Positions 24,666-38,439 of a stretch of DNA of 64,000 bases are shown in pieces. Source of the stretch: Ophelia neglecta. Its lineage: Eukaryota. A program made the position numbers and the translations under genes. The notes below the pieces were generated by a model, which was not told the origin of the DNA, ran no database searches, and saw only the letters and a list, made by a program, of their open reading frames with translations. The stretch is taken from positions 119,722,001 through 119,786,000 of the forward strand of contig OZ260662.1 of the NCBI GenBank assembly GCA_965285935.1. Reading direction: 5' to 3'. Within the stretch, counting starts at the first letter, position 1; every line of letters starts with the position of its first letter.

Positions 24666-26236
24666 GATGCAGCTTTTGATGTCCTCGGGTGAAGACAGTG
24701 TGTGTAGAGATTAGAATGCCGGGCGATACGTAATCACGTAAGTATTTTACTCATTATTATAGCTAAGGTCGCACGGACCAATAACATATTGGAAACACAA
24801 TTAATTTTAAGCGAACCGAGCCCGTAAAAATCATTACTGCCATTGGGCCAGCCACGCGTGCTCGCTGTAGTCTTTTACCTTCTTGGCCCAAATAAAGCCA
24901 AACATCGAAGTCTGGAACTCATTTGATTGGCTGACGGAGCGTAGCTATCAATGTTCAGGTTCTTTGGAAGCTGGAAGGCTAAGGTGGAAGTTTTGTAGAG
25001 AAATGATAAAAAGAGACAGATAAAAAGAAGGTCAATGTATTGTTATATATTCAAAGTTAAATCTAATGAATAACGTAAGATAATTATCGAGTGATGTCCC
25101 GATTCCTGAGGCCTAGTCGAGAAAGTGTGTAACCATGGGTATATGGCAATTTGTTTTAACAGTAATATTAATATAACTGTTTAAGAAATAGATAAATAGG
25201 CGTATAATTATTAATTACTTTATATTAGTCCTCACAATTCCTAATACTAAGGAAACTTAGTTATATTGTATTTACCTGCTTGTTGCTCTATTTTTTTATA
25301 TAAGCTCTGGTGAGATCGAGTTATTGACTGCTGGTATTGGAGGACATGTATGTTTACATTCTAAACTACCCAGCTCACGCGCTCCGGAAGGGCAACACAC
25401 ACACATGGCTAAATATAGTAGAGCTTAGAATGAAAGACGATAACATTTCTAAAAAAGGCATTACTTGCCTTCGCTAATCTTCAGATAAGGAAGACAAATT
25501 TCATTTGAAAAATGTACGCCGTGGTTTACTTCCTCGTTCATGACTGAAATAACAAGACAAATGTTTTCCCTGAGACAAATAAATTAGAATCCTCAGCAAA
25601 CAATATATTGAAGACATTTTCAGAAATAGAGTTAAACTCATTGATATAGAGTACTAATAAAGGAGGGCTTATCATTGATCCTTGGGGTACGCCACACCTG
25701 GTTAATTCGGTCCCATAGCTAATATTTTGAAAACCAACGTACTGTTTTCTTCGAGAGAGATAATCTTTAAAGCGTCACAGGACCGCTCTCTAACCTTATA
25801 GATGCATCTCTCAATATTAGGTGCTTATTGCCTTTCTTTAAAAGTAATATAGTATTGGAGGTTCAACTACCTTGCTATGATATTTAATATACAACGCGAG
25901 TAAATCTAAGCATTATAGGTCACCACCTTTTGGTATAACATAATTTGTACATCGCTGTCACTGAAGTAACCTGTGATAGCAGCGTTCATATTACATCTGA
26001 ACATCTACCTGTTTCGATATTCTTTTTTAATATCGTCGTCGACTATACAGATAATTTATTTTTTTGGAAGTAAAAAATGCTAAGGCAGAAATCTTCTTGG
26101 ACTGAAACTCAGTTTTATAAAATGAGATGGAAAGTGATGGATTAAAACGAGCACGGCAGGTTGTTACAAATATTTCACGCAGAACTGATCAGAGCGGCTG
26201 TACCCCCCCCCCCCCTCCTCTCCTCTAAAACTGGAC

Positions 26237-26500
26237 TTGGAAAAGCCCGGACAGAAAAAAAATATTCCTGGGTGGAGCGAACTTGTTAGCCAACTGAGGA
26301 ATCAGGCCATATTCTGGCGTAATATCTGGAAAGACATTAGTCGGCCGAAATCTGCCAATATCGGAGTAATACGACGTAAATCAAGAGCTCAATATCATTG
26401 TGTGCTAAGGAAAGAACAGCCAAACGACCTTTTTATGATATCGCGTAATATAGCTCAATCTATCTTGAGAAACTATCGAAGCGACTTCTGGACTTGGGTG
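26237..26500 (+). mobile_element. Non-LTR retrotransposon ORF2 linker fragment
   Basis: IPGWSELV...AIFWRNIWKD...RRKSRAQYH...DFW resembles the endonuclease-RT linker of invertebrate LINEs. Isolated fragment. Confidence 0.6.
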
Positions 26501-27179
26501 CCAATAAATGAATGGAGCAAAATGGGTAAAAGGGGAATTGGACGGTTTTCTCGTATGAATACGATACTCCATATAATAGAGTATCATATGTTTAAAATCA
26601 AATGAATGATGTAAAACGTGATATTGAGAAAATCTCATGTAACAGTTATTAAGAATCACATCTTATAAGTATGTTAGTTCAGTAAACATGTTAGTGCTAG
26701 GTAAAATGATGACACTAAAGGCCATTTTACTAATCATTTGACCGATGAACAAGCAGGTTATTTTGTTGTTATTGTTAGGTATGATTATATAAATGACGAG
26801 AAGGGTTCAAATGGATAGAAACACGCTGTTTATATGGCATCAAGTCTTGACAAACATTAACCCTGTATCGACAAATCCGAGACAATCTATAAATCCACAT
26901 GTGACGCTTAACTTAGAACGTAGAAGTTGCCTTATGACGTACTGGTCATCACTTAAGAGCGATAACACTCTCAGAAACCAGTACAGACAACTCGGAATAC
27001 GAAACTATGGGCATGCTCTGTTATGCCGTAGAAAGCGAAAGAATACATGTCATTAGAACGTTGTTTTAACCCTAATCCACTTTTACAGATAAACTACAAA
27101 ACAGTACAAAAAATAGCCAGGTGCTAAACTACATCGTAACTCTTAATTGAGAAATATTTCACCACCACAATAGATAAAT

Positions 27180-28230
27180 CGGTTGGCCACATATGTATTC
27201 AGGCTAAGATCTGAGGGTCTAATTTTGCTCAGTACTCCCAGTCCAAGGAATGATCATCTGAGTCGAATCCCAACTTTTGCCCTATACAACGCCCAGCTTG
27301 ACAATTCTAAGCGGAGGATAGTGGCTGCCTTCATCCGGGCTAATCGGGATTTCACCATCAAAAATGATATACTATACTGAGCAGAATCTAAGAAATGATG
27401 AAGCTGTGAATGAAATTTGTATGACCTCGATGGTTTGACTCTACAATTAGCGAGCTGGAGGTAATATCTGATCAAGGATCAAATAGTCCCAGTATTATTT
27501 CTGACGGCAAAGTACTGTAATATTCTCTATGCTGCTATTTTCCTTAGCTCTCTCAGTATGTTGGCGAGGAACTCACGACTGTTCACCAATTTGGTCACTT
27601 TGAACCCGCCAAGTGAAAACAACTCAGAAAGCCAACAAGACAGCCCTTTCCAAAATTCCTAAAGACTTTAGACAATCGTCTACATAAATATTTGGCTACA
27701 GAGTTTTTATTCCCCGCGGACAAACTTTGGGTCAATGCTATTTTCTTTGGCTCTGAGTCCAAGAGCATAATGTGCACAGCTAGGACTCCAGACACTTACA
27801 AACAGATGCATTCTTATTCTGTACACTTGCTCATATCTCCAATGGGCCACCATAGCAATCATAAGGCATCCCTATCACGTGGCCTTATATGTTCTTGTAG
27901 TAACATACCTTCTATGTCGGTCGGCCATTATGGCACATTGTTCCTCTCGAAATCTTATCAATGCACCAATTAATTTGTTGGTGAGATCAGGACCCTGTAG
28001 AACCTGATCCTTTTGGGAGAGACATATTTGGCAGCTGGAGGGGCAAATACCACATTTTTCCATCGGTCCTAGCCAGATACGACTTTGGCACCTGCTAAAC
28101 ATAACCCCTGTCAAGAAGCTCTGGTATTCCAGGTAGATATTTCTCATGGCTGTCTTGGCAAATCTTTTCCATGGCGCCGGAGTCTCATTCGAGCCACTGG
28201 AGCTAGGAGTTGATTTTGATTTCATTTCTT
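27180..28230 (-). mobile_element. Degenerate BEL/Pao LTR-retrotransposon pol remnant
   Basis: LQGPDLTNKLIGALIRFREEQCAIMAD (Pao RT start motif) and FLMVKSRLARMKAATILRLELSS (Pao KSR.AP...TIPRLEL motif) lie in broken frames with internal deletions. Confidence 0.8.
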
Positions 28231-31200
28231 GTCACAGCCTACCCTGATGTTCCTATTATAATTAATGCCACACTTAACTTTTTGTAGTTGTGTTTTTCCA
28301 GGTAGACCTTATAACGCCCAGCAGGTAAGCCTAATAATGCCGACGCCCTGTCGATAAACCCACTTATTAACGCCATCGCCGTGCCGGTAAAATCACTGTC
28401 GCCTGGCGTGTGACATATTAACTCCGTCGCTTCGCATGTTAAACAAACCGACTCGCAGCCGGCTCATCCAAACGTCGCCCAACCAGTTACATAATACAAT
28501 GGCCCGGCCGGTGAACCCACCGTCGCCTGGACGATAGACTTACTATCGCTGTCGCCCGGCCGGAACACCCAACCGTCGCCCAGCTGGTAGACCTAACAAC
28601 TCCGTCTCAAAGCCCGTAAACCAGACCGTCATCTAGCCGGTAGACATAATAGCGCCCACTCTGTTTACATAAAAAATAGATTAGATTATGTTTTTGTCAC
28701 CTGCTTCGCTTTGACAATTTCATGGTCAAAGGTAAAGCTACTACAGCCACTGTCTTTTGTAATGTGTGTGATTTATACATACCTTAGTAATGCGACCCGA
28801 AAATAACTTATCATGCTCTATGTTCATGTGGGGATCAGTAAAAATAACGGGACGGGTTTCGGAACCAACATTAGTTCATAAGTTAACGCGCTATATTTCT
28901 CTTCGGTAAACAACGCGAAGTATAACAGATGGGCGTATGATGCCTTTCCCTGGTATCCCCATCCCCCACCCATCCCTTGTAGTTGTAACCTTTGCCTGGG
29001 ATCGATTTTTGTTAATGAACAAGCTTCCATCTGATAGCGGGGCAGTTTGCCAATAACAAACAGCTTCATTCAGAATCTGCATTTCATTTGACATGTATTT
29101 CTATGTTAAATGGACTTTTAACAGGTTAAATACACTAGAGGCAGGCTAGTATTTGTCAGTTGAGTAAACGTTCAATGTGGATGGTGTTTGCATATTTAAT
29201 TGCATTATCCTACGTAGTAAACTGGACATTAAAAAAAATTATATTAGAGTATTCGTTTGATCAGAATCCAATGTCCCAAAGTAATGTTCGTAGGTAAAAT
29301 TATCAAACATATTGTTTTAGGGTTCCATTTGACTTTGATTAACAAGAAATCAAAAAACTGAACTTACTAAGATTAAGCCATAGGTATTATAATGTCTTTG
29401 TTAATGATCTCAAATCCACAATTAGAACCGCTTCTAAACAGATTAGTTATTTTCTTTGATTTAATTCCATTGATTTAATTAAGTAGTCTGCAATTAGTTA
29501 ATTGTAGCTCCAACTGCTTTCTCCCGGATAGCCACTATTGGCTTTTCTGTACGGTGTTAGAATCTATGAACTTTATTGAAAACTTGCATAGCGTAATTAT
29601 GTCATTTTTTAACACTCCAATTTGCTGACAAAACTCGCTTTTCCTAGTAGACTAGATTTGTGAGCGGCTTTGAAGATTGAAGTCTCTTTGAAGACATCCA
29701 AAACTCTTCCATTGTAATCAAATTGACGACACCGAAGACATAAATAGCCGTGCTCTTAAATCCTTAGTTTGAATACTAGATGAAGCCTTCATACGTAACA
29801 GCCTAGATCAAAGACACAGTTAGAGCAAATAGTCTTTTGACAGACCAGCACTCACGTGTATTATCTCGCAGGGAGAGTTTGGAAATTGGTTTTGTCAAAA
29901 CGTCAGAAAACCTTTTGAGATAACCCTTTGTGACTATCTATCGCTTAAAGAGGGGTTGCAATAAATATAAAAACTGGGAAAAGATCAACAGGAATAACAT
30001 GGCTGCTCTGAAGCTTATCCATTTTTTTCAGGCATGTTATAGGCTTTGTATAATTTTATAACCAACTATCGTTGCATTATGGTTTGTTGTGAAAGATGCA
30101 CACTAGGTTATAGTGTGTAGAGAAAAAGTAATAGAGCGACAATCAGGGCCCACACAACCGTTCTTATTTTATTTCCAAATTGATTGTTATCTTTTAAAAT
30201 TAGGGTTGCTAACAATACACATTAAAATATGTACATGTATGTAGTTTTTATCCACGCTTTGTATGGCGATCATTTTGAAATATTCAAAAATATTCCCCGC
30301 GAATTTTGTTCTTATATGTTAAAAATGATCCAGGTTATAACAATTGTCCTTTTGGATAAGCCAAATTGATGTCTGTCTTGATCATGGCCACCATCTTGTA
30401 CGCCCAATTACTACTTTCTTTTGACCGGTCTTCGTGTTTCCATGTACACTAACTAGGCTACTTAGTTATTATTCTCTTGTCTTGTGTCGCAAGCCGCTAC
30501 CGTTGCACAGATTCGGATTCAGATATATTTATTCGACCATAGCAAAATGAACATGTACAACGATTAATGATAAGTTGAAAATATAATTATGGTCATGGAG
30601 ACCCTTACTAAGATTTAGGTAATCGCAAGCGTAAGAGCCACCATAATATAAAACTGAATGTATATATGAGTACTGCAAATAAAAAAAAAAGTTCAACATA
30701 TTTGTTTGATAGTAAGTCATGAAATATGAATTCGCATGCACACATCACAACAATCTATTGAATAAAATTTGTAATGATATACCGCACAAGTAGACATAAG
30801 ATTATCTCAACTATTACAGACCTCTTCCCCTTCGCCAGAGGAAGAATACACCAGAGAAAGGGAAAGCCGGGGGCAGGCAGGGACAAACGTACATCGCACG
30901 CAGAGCCGGGTGCACTATCACGCTAGACAATACAACGCGCAGGTCGATTTTAAAAGGAGCAGCAGACAAAAGCTACTCTAGGAAATAGAGGAGGGGGACA
31001 TAGACTTTACATTCTTGGATTTTGTAGACAGTTAATTATTATTTATTTATATTTATGAATCCATTGTATCTATAACTTATAATTCCTTTTGAACTTTTAA
31101 TTTGTTGATGTATCGGCTAGACGTGTACCTTAATGTGTATTATTCTGTGATGTCATTTGTGCCAATGATTGCGTCATGACTGCCGGTTGTTGATCGGGGA

Positions 31201-31286
31201 AGTAACTTTTTGTTTTTCATACATGTAGAAAGTCGAATAAACCGAAAGCTTTGCGCCATTAAAAATGTCATATTTCTCCCACTAAC

Positions 31287-31990
31287 CATGCACATTAACA
31301 AGGGGCGTCTTCCTGTAAACAAAAGCCGAAGATGTGTCTTGTCACCCCGTATCAGTCAGAGTCTGGATAACCAGTCTGCGAGAAAAACACAAAGCCGGCC
31401 ACTCCCAGAACAGTGGAGAAATCCAGGTACACTTCTATCTGGAAGCATCTGTATGGACACATGGGTAGTCTACATATTAAGCAGTAGATATGCCAGACAT
31501 TCACAAGTACAAAAATAAGTCCCTTGACTCATCCACATACGGCTAGTATTCTGAACACATACAACTCCAAAGATTCCGATTAAGGCGGGCTGAACATAAA
31601 TACGCTTAATAGTGCACTAAGTCGGCCCGTAAAGCATCAGGAACCGTTATACTTACCTGAGATAACGAAAGGAACCGCACTAAGAAATAACCCCTTTCCC
31701 TGTTTTATCCCAGCATGCATTGTTTAGGGCATTTCATCGACCCAAAAGTCATCAGGAACCTGATCTACTTAAGGTCAAAAGGATCCGTTCAAAGAAATAT
31801 CCCTTACCCTGTTTCATGGTGCCAGTGTTAGTGTATTTAGCAGGTTTATCTGTTTTTGCTGCCTATACATAACAGGTGGACACGTTTACCACCAGCCCGA
31901 ATGCCCACAGTTGGGGTATTTCTTCAGAACCGACTGTGCCTGACGTCAGATCCTGGTTAATCCTGGCCGCCAACGTCATCAGAAGGATTT
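31287..31990 (-). pseudogene. Pseudogene copy 2 of the MS4A-like four-TM gene (exons 2-4 recognisable)
   Basis: Exons 31990-31890, 31589-31533 and 31438-31287 have the same lengths as in copies 1 and 3. Exon-2 acceptor is AA instead of AG, exon-3 donor is AT instead of GT, and there are in-frame stops TGA (31354-31352) and TAA (31297-31295). Exons 5-7 were not found. Confidence 0.88.
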
Positions 31991-33859
31991 TTGGATAACA
32001 GAGATGTGCTTTTGGCCAAAAGTAATACCAGTCATATCGTCCATCATCCCTGTACCTCAAATCTTAAATATTATCAGTGCTAAACCATCGCATGTAGAAT
32101 AAGGTGCTTGCTTTAGTAAAATAAGTAAGACCTTATTGGTATTCATTGACGCTTTGTATCATTTATAGGTTGGCCGGATTCATTGCATAAACCTGTATAA
32201 CTTATGACACTAGGGAGCTTGCTTTTGAAGACGGAGCCAGGCTTTATAGCACAAGAAGGGGCCAGTTTGTACTTGTCAGAATGCTTTTCATATTTGCCAT
32301 TCATGAAATACTACTGGTACATGCCATAAAACGAAGTTCATAATATGACCAGTACAACATTCAGGAAAGGTGGCAGTTTAATAAAGACAAAGGCACAACA
32401 CTACTGTTGCTAGAAGGTATTGAATACTTTCCTGGCCGCTAATATGTAGCCATGCTCGACTGTAAAGAAAAAACATTCGAAGGTCTGGATAGACGGCCTA
32501 TTGAGTAAAATAACATGGGTGTGCGGGTTAAGGTAGGGCTACACCTAGATCTCTGTTGTAAGAATTTTACTGCCAAAATTATACTTGGGCCTCGACCCAT
32601 CCGAACACTCTTCAAGCATGGTCAGGGCATATTTTAAGGTGGAACACTCGCGATTCTAGGTCACTACGCCTGCTTGGACAACACCGTTTACAAGTGCGGT
32701 CACGGTGTAGTAATACACGGAGAGGCAGCCACTGACCCCCCCCCCCCACACACACACACACACACATCCCCCCTCCCCATACGCGGACGATATTAGTCTA
32801 CTCGGATTAAGCAAGAAAATGGTTGCTTGAGTTAAATGCAACAAAAAGTGGGATACTCAGGTTCGACCCACGGAGTATTAATGCAGTTAGAAGTCTATCA
32901 GTCTTCCTGGGAGATGCGGAATTCCCTGTATGACCGCCTTGCAGCACATAACAGTCCCGCTTACGGCACATCATCAGGACCTCTCAGTCGTTCTTGATGA
33001 TACGACTGTGAAAGCAAAGCGCAAGGTTTTCTCGACATTAAGCTTGGCTTGAATTAAATGTGTATCTGTTCTATAGTGTGTAGGTCTATCGAGCGCGGTG
33101 TGTAGGTCTATAAAAGTGCTTATTTTGTATCTAAAGTATCTCTGATCTACTTAAATAATTTCCCAACTAATAAAAGCCATGTGTTGCGTATCTAATTGAC
33201 ATAGGCTAATCCATTATATAGGCCACTTAAACTACCTATTGAAGTACATTAACATTTATGTGGTTTATTGAGATAAGTATGTTTGGTAACGTCGATTTAA
33301 TTGGCCAGAAATCACAATTGGCCGAAAGTATCAGATGCTGACACAGAAAGCTTCAATACCGAGTTCGATTATTGAAAATATGTTTCTATGTGATTTAAAG
33401 GCGAATAAACAAAACGAATCTGATATTTCTTGCGTTGGGAGAGTGTCAACAGTTTTGCATTCGCAAGACCAGAATAGGTCAACAGCTGACGATGAGGACA
33501 TTCGCAATAGAAGAGTCTTTAATGGCCTAGGCTATGAACAATACTGAAATGGTCGATAGTTCTAGGAGAGCGAGCAAGAACAGAGAAGAAATAAATGAAG
33601 GTATTTTTTCACTTACCTACTTGTATGCCCGACGCCCTGAAGCAATGTTGGCTGGAGGTCGGAAATAGCGCCGCCAAGAATAGCACGGGTATATAAGCAT
33701 GAGTTAAAGGAAAGAGAGAGACAATGATCACGCCACAATATGATGGGAGCACTTGATGGGGTATTGTTAACCTCGCCATATATTGTACTATTTTCGATCT
33801 TTCATCAGGAAAAAACATAATTTCTGTCTTATATACAATATAAACAATATAAAACAAAC

Positions 33860-35300
33860 TTAGTGACCTGCTTCGGCGAGAGAAGAAAGCACTACCAGAC
33901 TTCTCTTGAGAATAATAAGCACAATCTTAGAAAGTTGTGGTCTATTATAAAAGAAGTAATTAATAAAGAGAAGCAAAAGGCTATAAATGAAAGCTTCTGT
34001 ATCAATGGAGTGGTGCTTGACGATAAAACAAAATGTCGAAAAACATATGAAACTATTTTTTTAATAATATTGGAGCCTCACTTGCCAGGGATATTTCTCA
34101 TTCTCCACTAGAATTTGTCAATCCCATTACAAGCTCGATTTTCTTACTGCATTTTGAACCCACTGAGACTATCGGTTGTAAATTTTCCAAAAGAAATAAG
34201 TATCGGTCGTGATTTTCTTTATTCCAAATTCGTAAAATTAACTTTACATCATATTCTAGAACATTTTACACATACCATGAATTTATCTATAACTAAGGAA
34301 GCTTCCCAAAACAATTAAAAATAGAAAATGGCGATAAAAACTCTTGACAAATTACAGTCCAGTCTCTGTCCTGCCATTTTTCTAAAATGTGAGAAACATT
34401 GTGGTACAATCACATTATTGTTTTCGTAACTCAATACATTTTCTTTATGACTTTCAAATTGGCCTCAGACAAAAAAAAAGTTAACCAAACTTGCACCAAC
34501 CCTTTAAGTTGATAAGATATCAAATACTACAAAATATAACTACTGTGTCCTGAACATCCTTCTGCGCATCTCTAAGGCCTTTGACACGGTCGACCATCAA
34601 ATTTTCTTATGGTATATATTGGGCCTCTTACTCATTTTCATTAATATTAATGATACCTCTAATGTTTCTGACAAGTTGTATCTTTTAGTCGCTGATGTGT
34701 TTTCAACCGTGTTCTCACAGCTAGAGAGTATTAATGTCGAAATTGATAAATTGATCATATGGTTAATTACCAACACATTGATACTTAGTGTAGCTATAAC
34801 CAACTTAAGCCTTTTTTGATCGGCTAAAGCCTGCCCTCAAATTCAGATTGATCACATCATGAAAGGTCAGAACATCAAATAGATAGAATTGACCAAGCTT
34901 TTAGGTGTGGCTATTGACTCATCGCTGAACTGGAGACATCATAGTCAATGTGCCAGGGGCAAATATCTCGCGTTTTAAGTTGTTATCGAGAGCCCGAAAA
35001 CAATAACACAATCATACTCTTCTAATTATATATTATTCTTTGGGGAGGCACATTTCCTTGATCCCATTATTAAATTTCAGAAGAGTTGTTGTTGTATCAA
35101 GTTCTAGATGTGTATCATCAAAAGAATAATTCCATTACTAAATGATCTTACCTATTGGTTTATTTTTCATAATTTGATTCATCTTCTCATTTCTCGTTGG
35201 CACTTTGTGTATAACATTAAAATGAATAAATATGTCTATGCACTCCCACATTCTTTTGTGTATTGTTTTCGCATGGTGCCAATAAATTATTTATAATATA
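33860..35300 (+). mobile_element. Old, heavily degraded CR1/L2-group LINE RT remnant
   Basis: Fragments KHYQTSLENNKHNLRKLWSIIKEVINK, NYSPVSVLP, SKAFDTVDHQI, LGLLLIFININD, KLLGVAIDSSLNW occur in different frames. Confidence 0.75.
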
Positions 35301-36886
35301 TATGTGCTTTCGTAACAATGAAATGTAACTTACAAAACAGGCGCAAGTGGATTTTAGCATGGGCGCGTAACCAATACCAATACCAAATCACATTTTCCTC
35401 CCGAGAACTGTCTGTATCTTGGTAAATTCACAGGCATTCATGATCCAAGGTGATTGTATTGACCAAACAGTTGTCAATGAGCTTGATAAGCTTTCAACAG
35501 GTATGCTTGAAATGAGAGAAAGTCATATCCACCTTGGCCGTGTCTAGAATGAATATATCCTTATCAGATTCCTTAGCTTAATCATTATTATTTCTATGGC
35601 AGTGTTCTACTGTTGAGTGAAACTCAGTGATGATGAAGTATTTTGTCAACCTCTGCAATGCGCAGCCTATGCCCCGATGTCTCATACAGAGAAGGTAGAA
35701 ATGACCTTCGTTCAAGCACTATAACCTCGGACTACTTCAGCGCCATCACTATATCGAAGTATTGCTATTGATACAATACATGAAACTGCTAGGTTGCCGC
35801 GGTGGAGGGATTAGTGTTTATCATTGATGTCCTAAAGCATTCTGGCGTTCATGGGTGGCTTATCCGAAGTCTATGAGATCAATGAGGCCGGTGCACGTGT
35901 ACATGAATTATCCTGGTATCTGAATTATGGTAACGACTTAATTATGTAATTGTTCTGTCAATATATACGAGTTAGCGACACTGCAATGTGGAGGACAATC
36001 GTGGATCGTGACCAATTGAAAGCATTAGTTTTCCTTTTGAATAAAATACGTTCCCAGTGTTAACATCGATTCAGTGTAAAACTGCTCACCTAAGATCAAG
36101 GGATGCCGAACAAATAGAGACTTTTATACCAGTAAGCCTTAATCACCAACAGTTAATCCAGTAACTGAAATATTTCGCTTGTTTCTGGCAACTTTCCCAA
36201 TTGAATCTATTCCAATTTATTCTCCCCGGAGGAGGCTGACGGTTTGCTCAGTTTTATTCCCATTCAACTAATCTCTCTGCAGCTGCGGCCGCATTACAGC
36301 CAGCCTATTTGTTCCGTTTTACTCTGTATTTCTTATGCATTGTCTGTGCGTTTAAGGCGGCTGGATTAGATATTTTACCATATTTCTTCCTGGTTGTAAG
36401 CCATAGAGTTTTCTCGTGCGTCAATCGACGGTACTATCATGTCAAAGCTTCGATGTGCTGATCACATGTGTACCACGCAGGGGCCACTGAAGCACTCTAT
36501 ATCCAAAGTGTCGGTTACCCTCGGTGTTCTGGCATGTGTTAAGAGCCCTTCCCTACCCCTCTTATAGTAACCTATCAATCATGATTAATAGGCATCAACC
36601 AATACAGTAAATTGTTAATGATAAGTTGTTTATGATCTGCGAGACTTCTGAACACATTGTTAGAATGTAGAGGAATTTGATGCCCCTTCTTGTCACGATT
36701 CATTTATCTTAAACATATTGGTTTTTATAAAACCCTAGCATGTTCGTCCATATATAAACGCGTTTTACAGTTTATGTTTATGGTCTATGGTCAGGTCTTC
36801 TTCATAGACTCCTCGGGTTCACAGCAGCACCAGAGCTGCCGCAGCAGTTTTGCTAGCCATCACAGAATGTCACGTGATAAGATGCT

Positions 36887-37121
36887 GATGTTAAGGTCCT
36901 TGGGATTGCTGTCGGTTGGCCTGCAGATATTAAGGACCCAGGGATTGCCGTCTGTTGGCCTGTAGATGTTAAGGACCTTGAGATAGCTGTCTGTTGTCCT
37001 CGTTAAGAGCCTTTGGATTACCGTCTGTTGGCCTGCAGATGTAAAGGACCCAGAGATTTCTGTCTGTTGGCCTGCAGATGTTAAGGACCTAGGGATTGCT
37101 GTCGGTTGGCCTGCAGATGTT
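36887..37121. repeat. 39-bp tandem repeat, about 6 degenerate copies
   Basis: Unit GATGTTAAGGACCYAGGGATTGCTGTCGGTTGGCCTGCA, lying just upstream of the LINE. Confidence 0.85.
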
Positions 37122-37546
37122 GTATCCTCATACAAGAAACACGCGGCCTGGATACGTCCTGATTAATGATGTCTGATAGTCTGCCGACGTGAATGACATG
37201 GCTGGCATGGCTGGCATGGCTGGCTGCTATGGAGCTCTTGTATTAGTCTGAAAATTGTTGATTTGGCAAGCACAGTTACTCCTGAATTTTGGCCAGAACG
37301 TGCATGAAGCTCGGGAAAAATAGCACAAATAACCAGCTTGTGGAATTTCCTTCTGTTTGAAGTTGTTTGAGGCGATTTATGAAGGTGAAGCCTATATACA
37401 TTGTATGGATTACAGCTCTGACTTTCCATGCTTCGGTGACTCTGTATATATACTAGGCCTGGGTCTGTGGCAGTGACCACTGGGCAGTGATAGGATATTA
37501 CTATATACATGTATAAACATTTGGTTTACATTCATGTACACTTACA

Positions 37547-38415
37547 ATGCTGGGCCCTACAGGACAAAAGGGCAATGCCGGGGAACAGGCAGCCACTGTG
37601 ACAGGGGGACTTATAAGAAAACATTCTACGGATAGCGAGGCTTCTCCAGTGAAACCACCAAGCAAAAAACAGGACATTGGTCAAGAGTCTAGTATCATGG
37701 CGGCAATAGCTGGACTGAATAATAAATTGGATACAGCACTGAAGGAGCAGAAAAATTTCAGAGCCTCTGTGGAAACCAGACTAACAAACATTAAGAAGGA
37801 TATCTACCAAAAAAATTACTGATGAATGTAATGGTCTACGTGATGATTTTACAATGGAAATGTCACAGATGAAGAATCGTATGGTGATTATTGAACAAAT
37901 GATGGCAAAATCTAGGGAGGATACAGAAATGGACATTGCCTCAATAAAATCTCGCCTAGATAGCCTGGAAAATGATGAAACCTTTCTTCATGATAAAAGT
38001 ATTATAGCTACAGGCCTGAAGTACTCACCCGGTGAGAATATTCTTCAGAAAGCTAAGGATCTGATAGAGTCTGGACTTGGGCTTGATGTCCCAGTCGTAA
38101 ATGCCTTGCGTACTCCATTCCGAAATGACAAACCTTGGCATTGTCAAAATCCAGTTTGGCAGCAAGCAGGACAAAATCGAGGCATTACGGGCCAAGAAAA
38201 AACTCAAGGAAAAAGATCCCTATCAACGAGTGTTCATCCGTTCATCTCAATCACACTCAGAAAGGTTGATATGGCTTAACACACAGGCTGTACTGAAGGA
38301 GATTGGAGCAGACAACAAATACCGCTTTACAGGAAGTGGGCGGCTCATTAGAAAGACACCAGAAGGGGATCAAGGTGATGAGGTACACAATGAAGCTCAA
38401 GAACAACACAATTAG
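37547..38415 (+). pseudogene. LINE ORF1 (coiled coil plus RRM/CTD-like region), two frameshifts
   Basis: Three consecutive ORF pieces (37547-, 37854-, 38101-) join at single-base shifts near 37815 and 38135, giving ...RNDKPGIVKIQF...KKKLK...VFIRSSQSHSERL...TGSGRL. Confidence 0.75.
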
Positions 38416-38439
38416 TCCTCCCAGTCCTTAATAACCAAC

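Noticed and set aside
31720-31760. Hammerhead ribozyme core (CTGATGA...GAAA on the minus strand; similar at about 10549)
   Set aside because: Stem II and the flanking helices do not pair properly.
33617-33857. Possible exon 1 of the pseudogene (hydrophobic stretch, phase-1 GTAAGT donor)
   Set aside because: No convincing similarity to the TM1 exons of copies 1 and 3.
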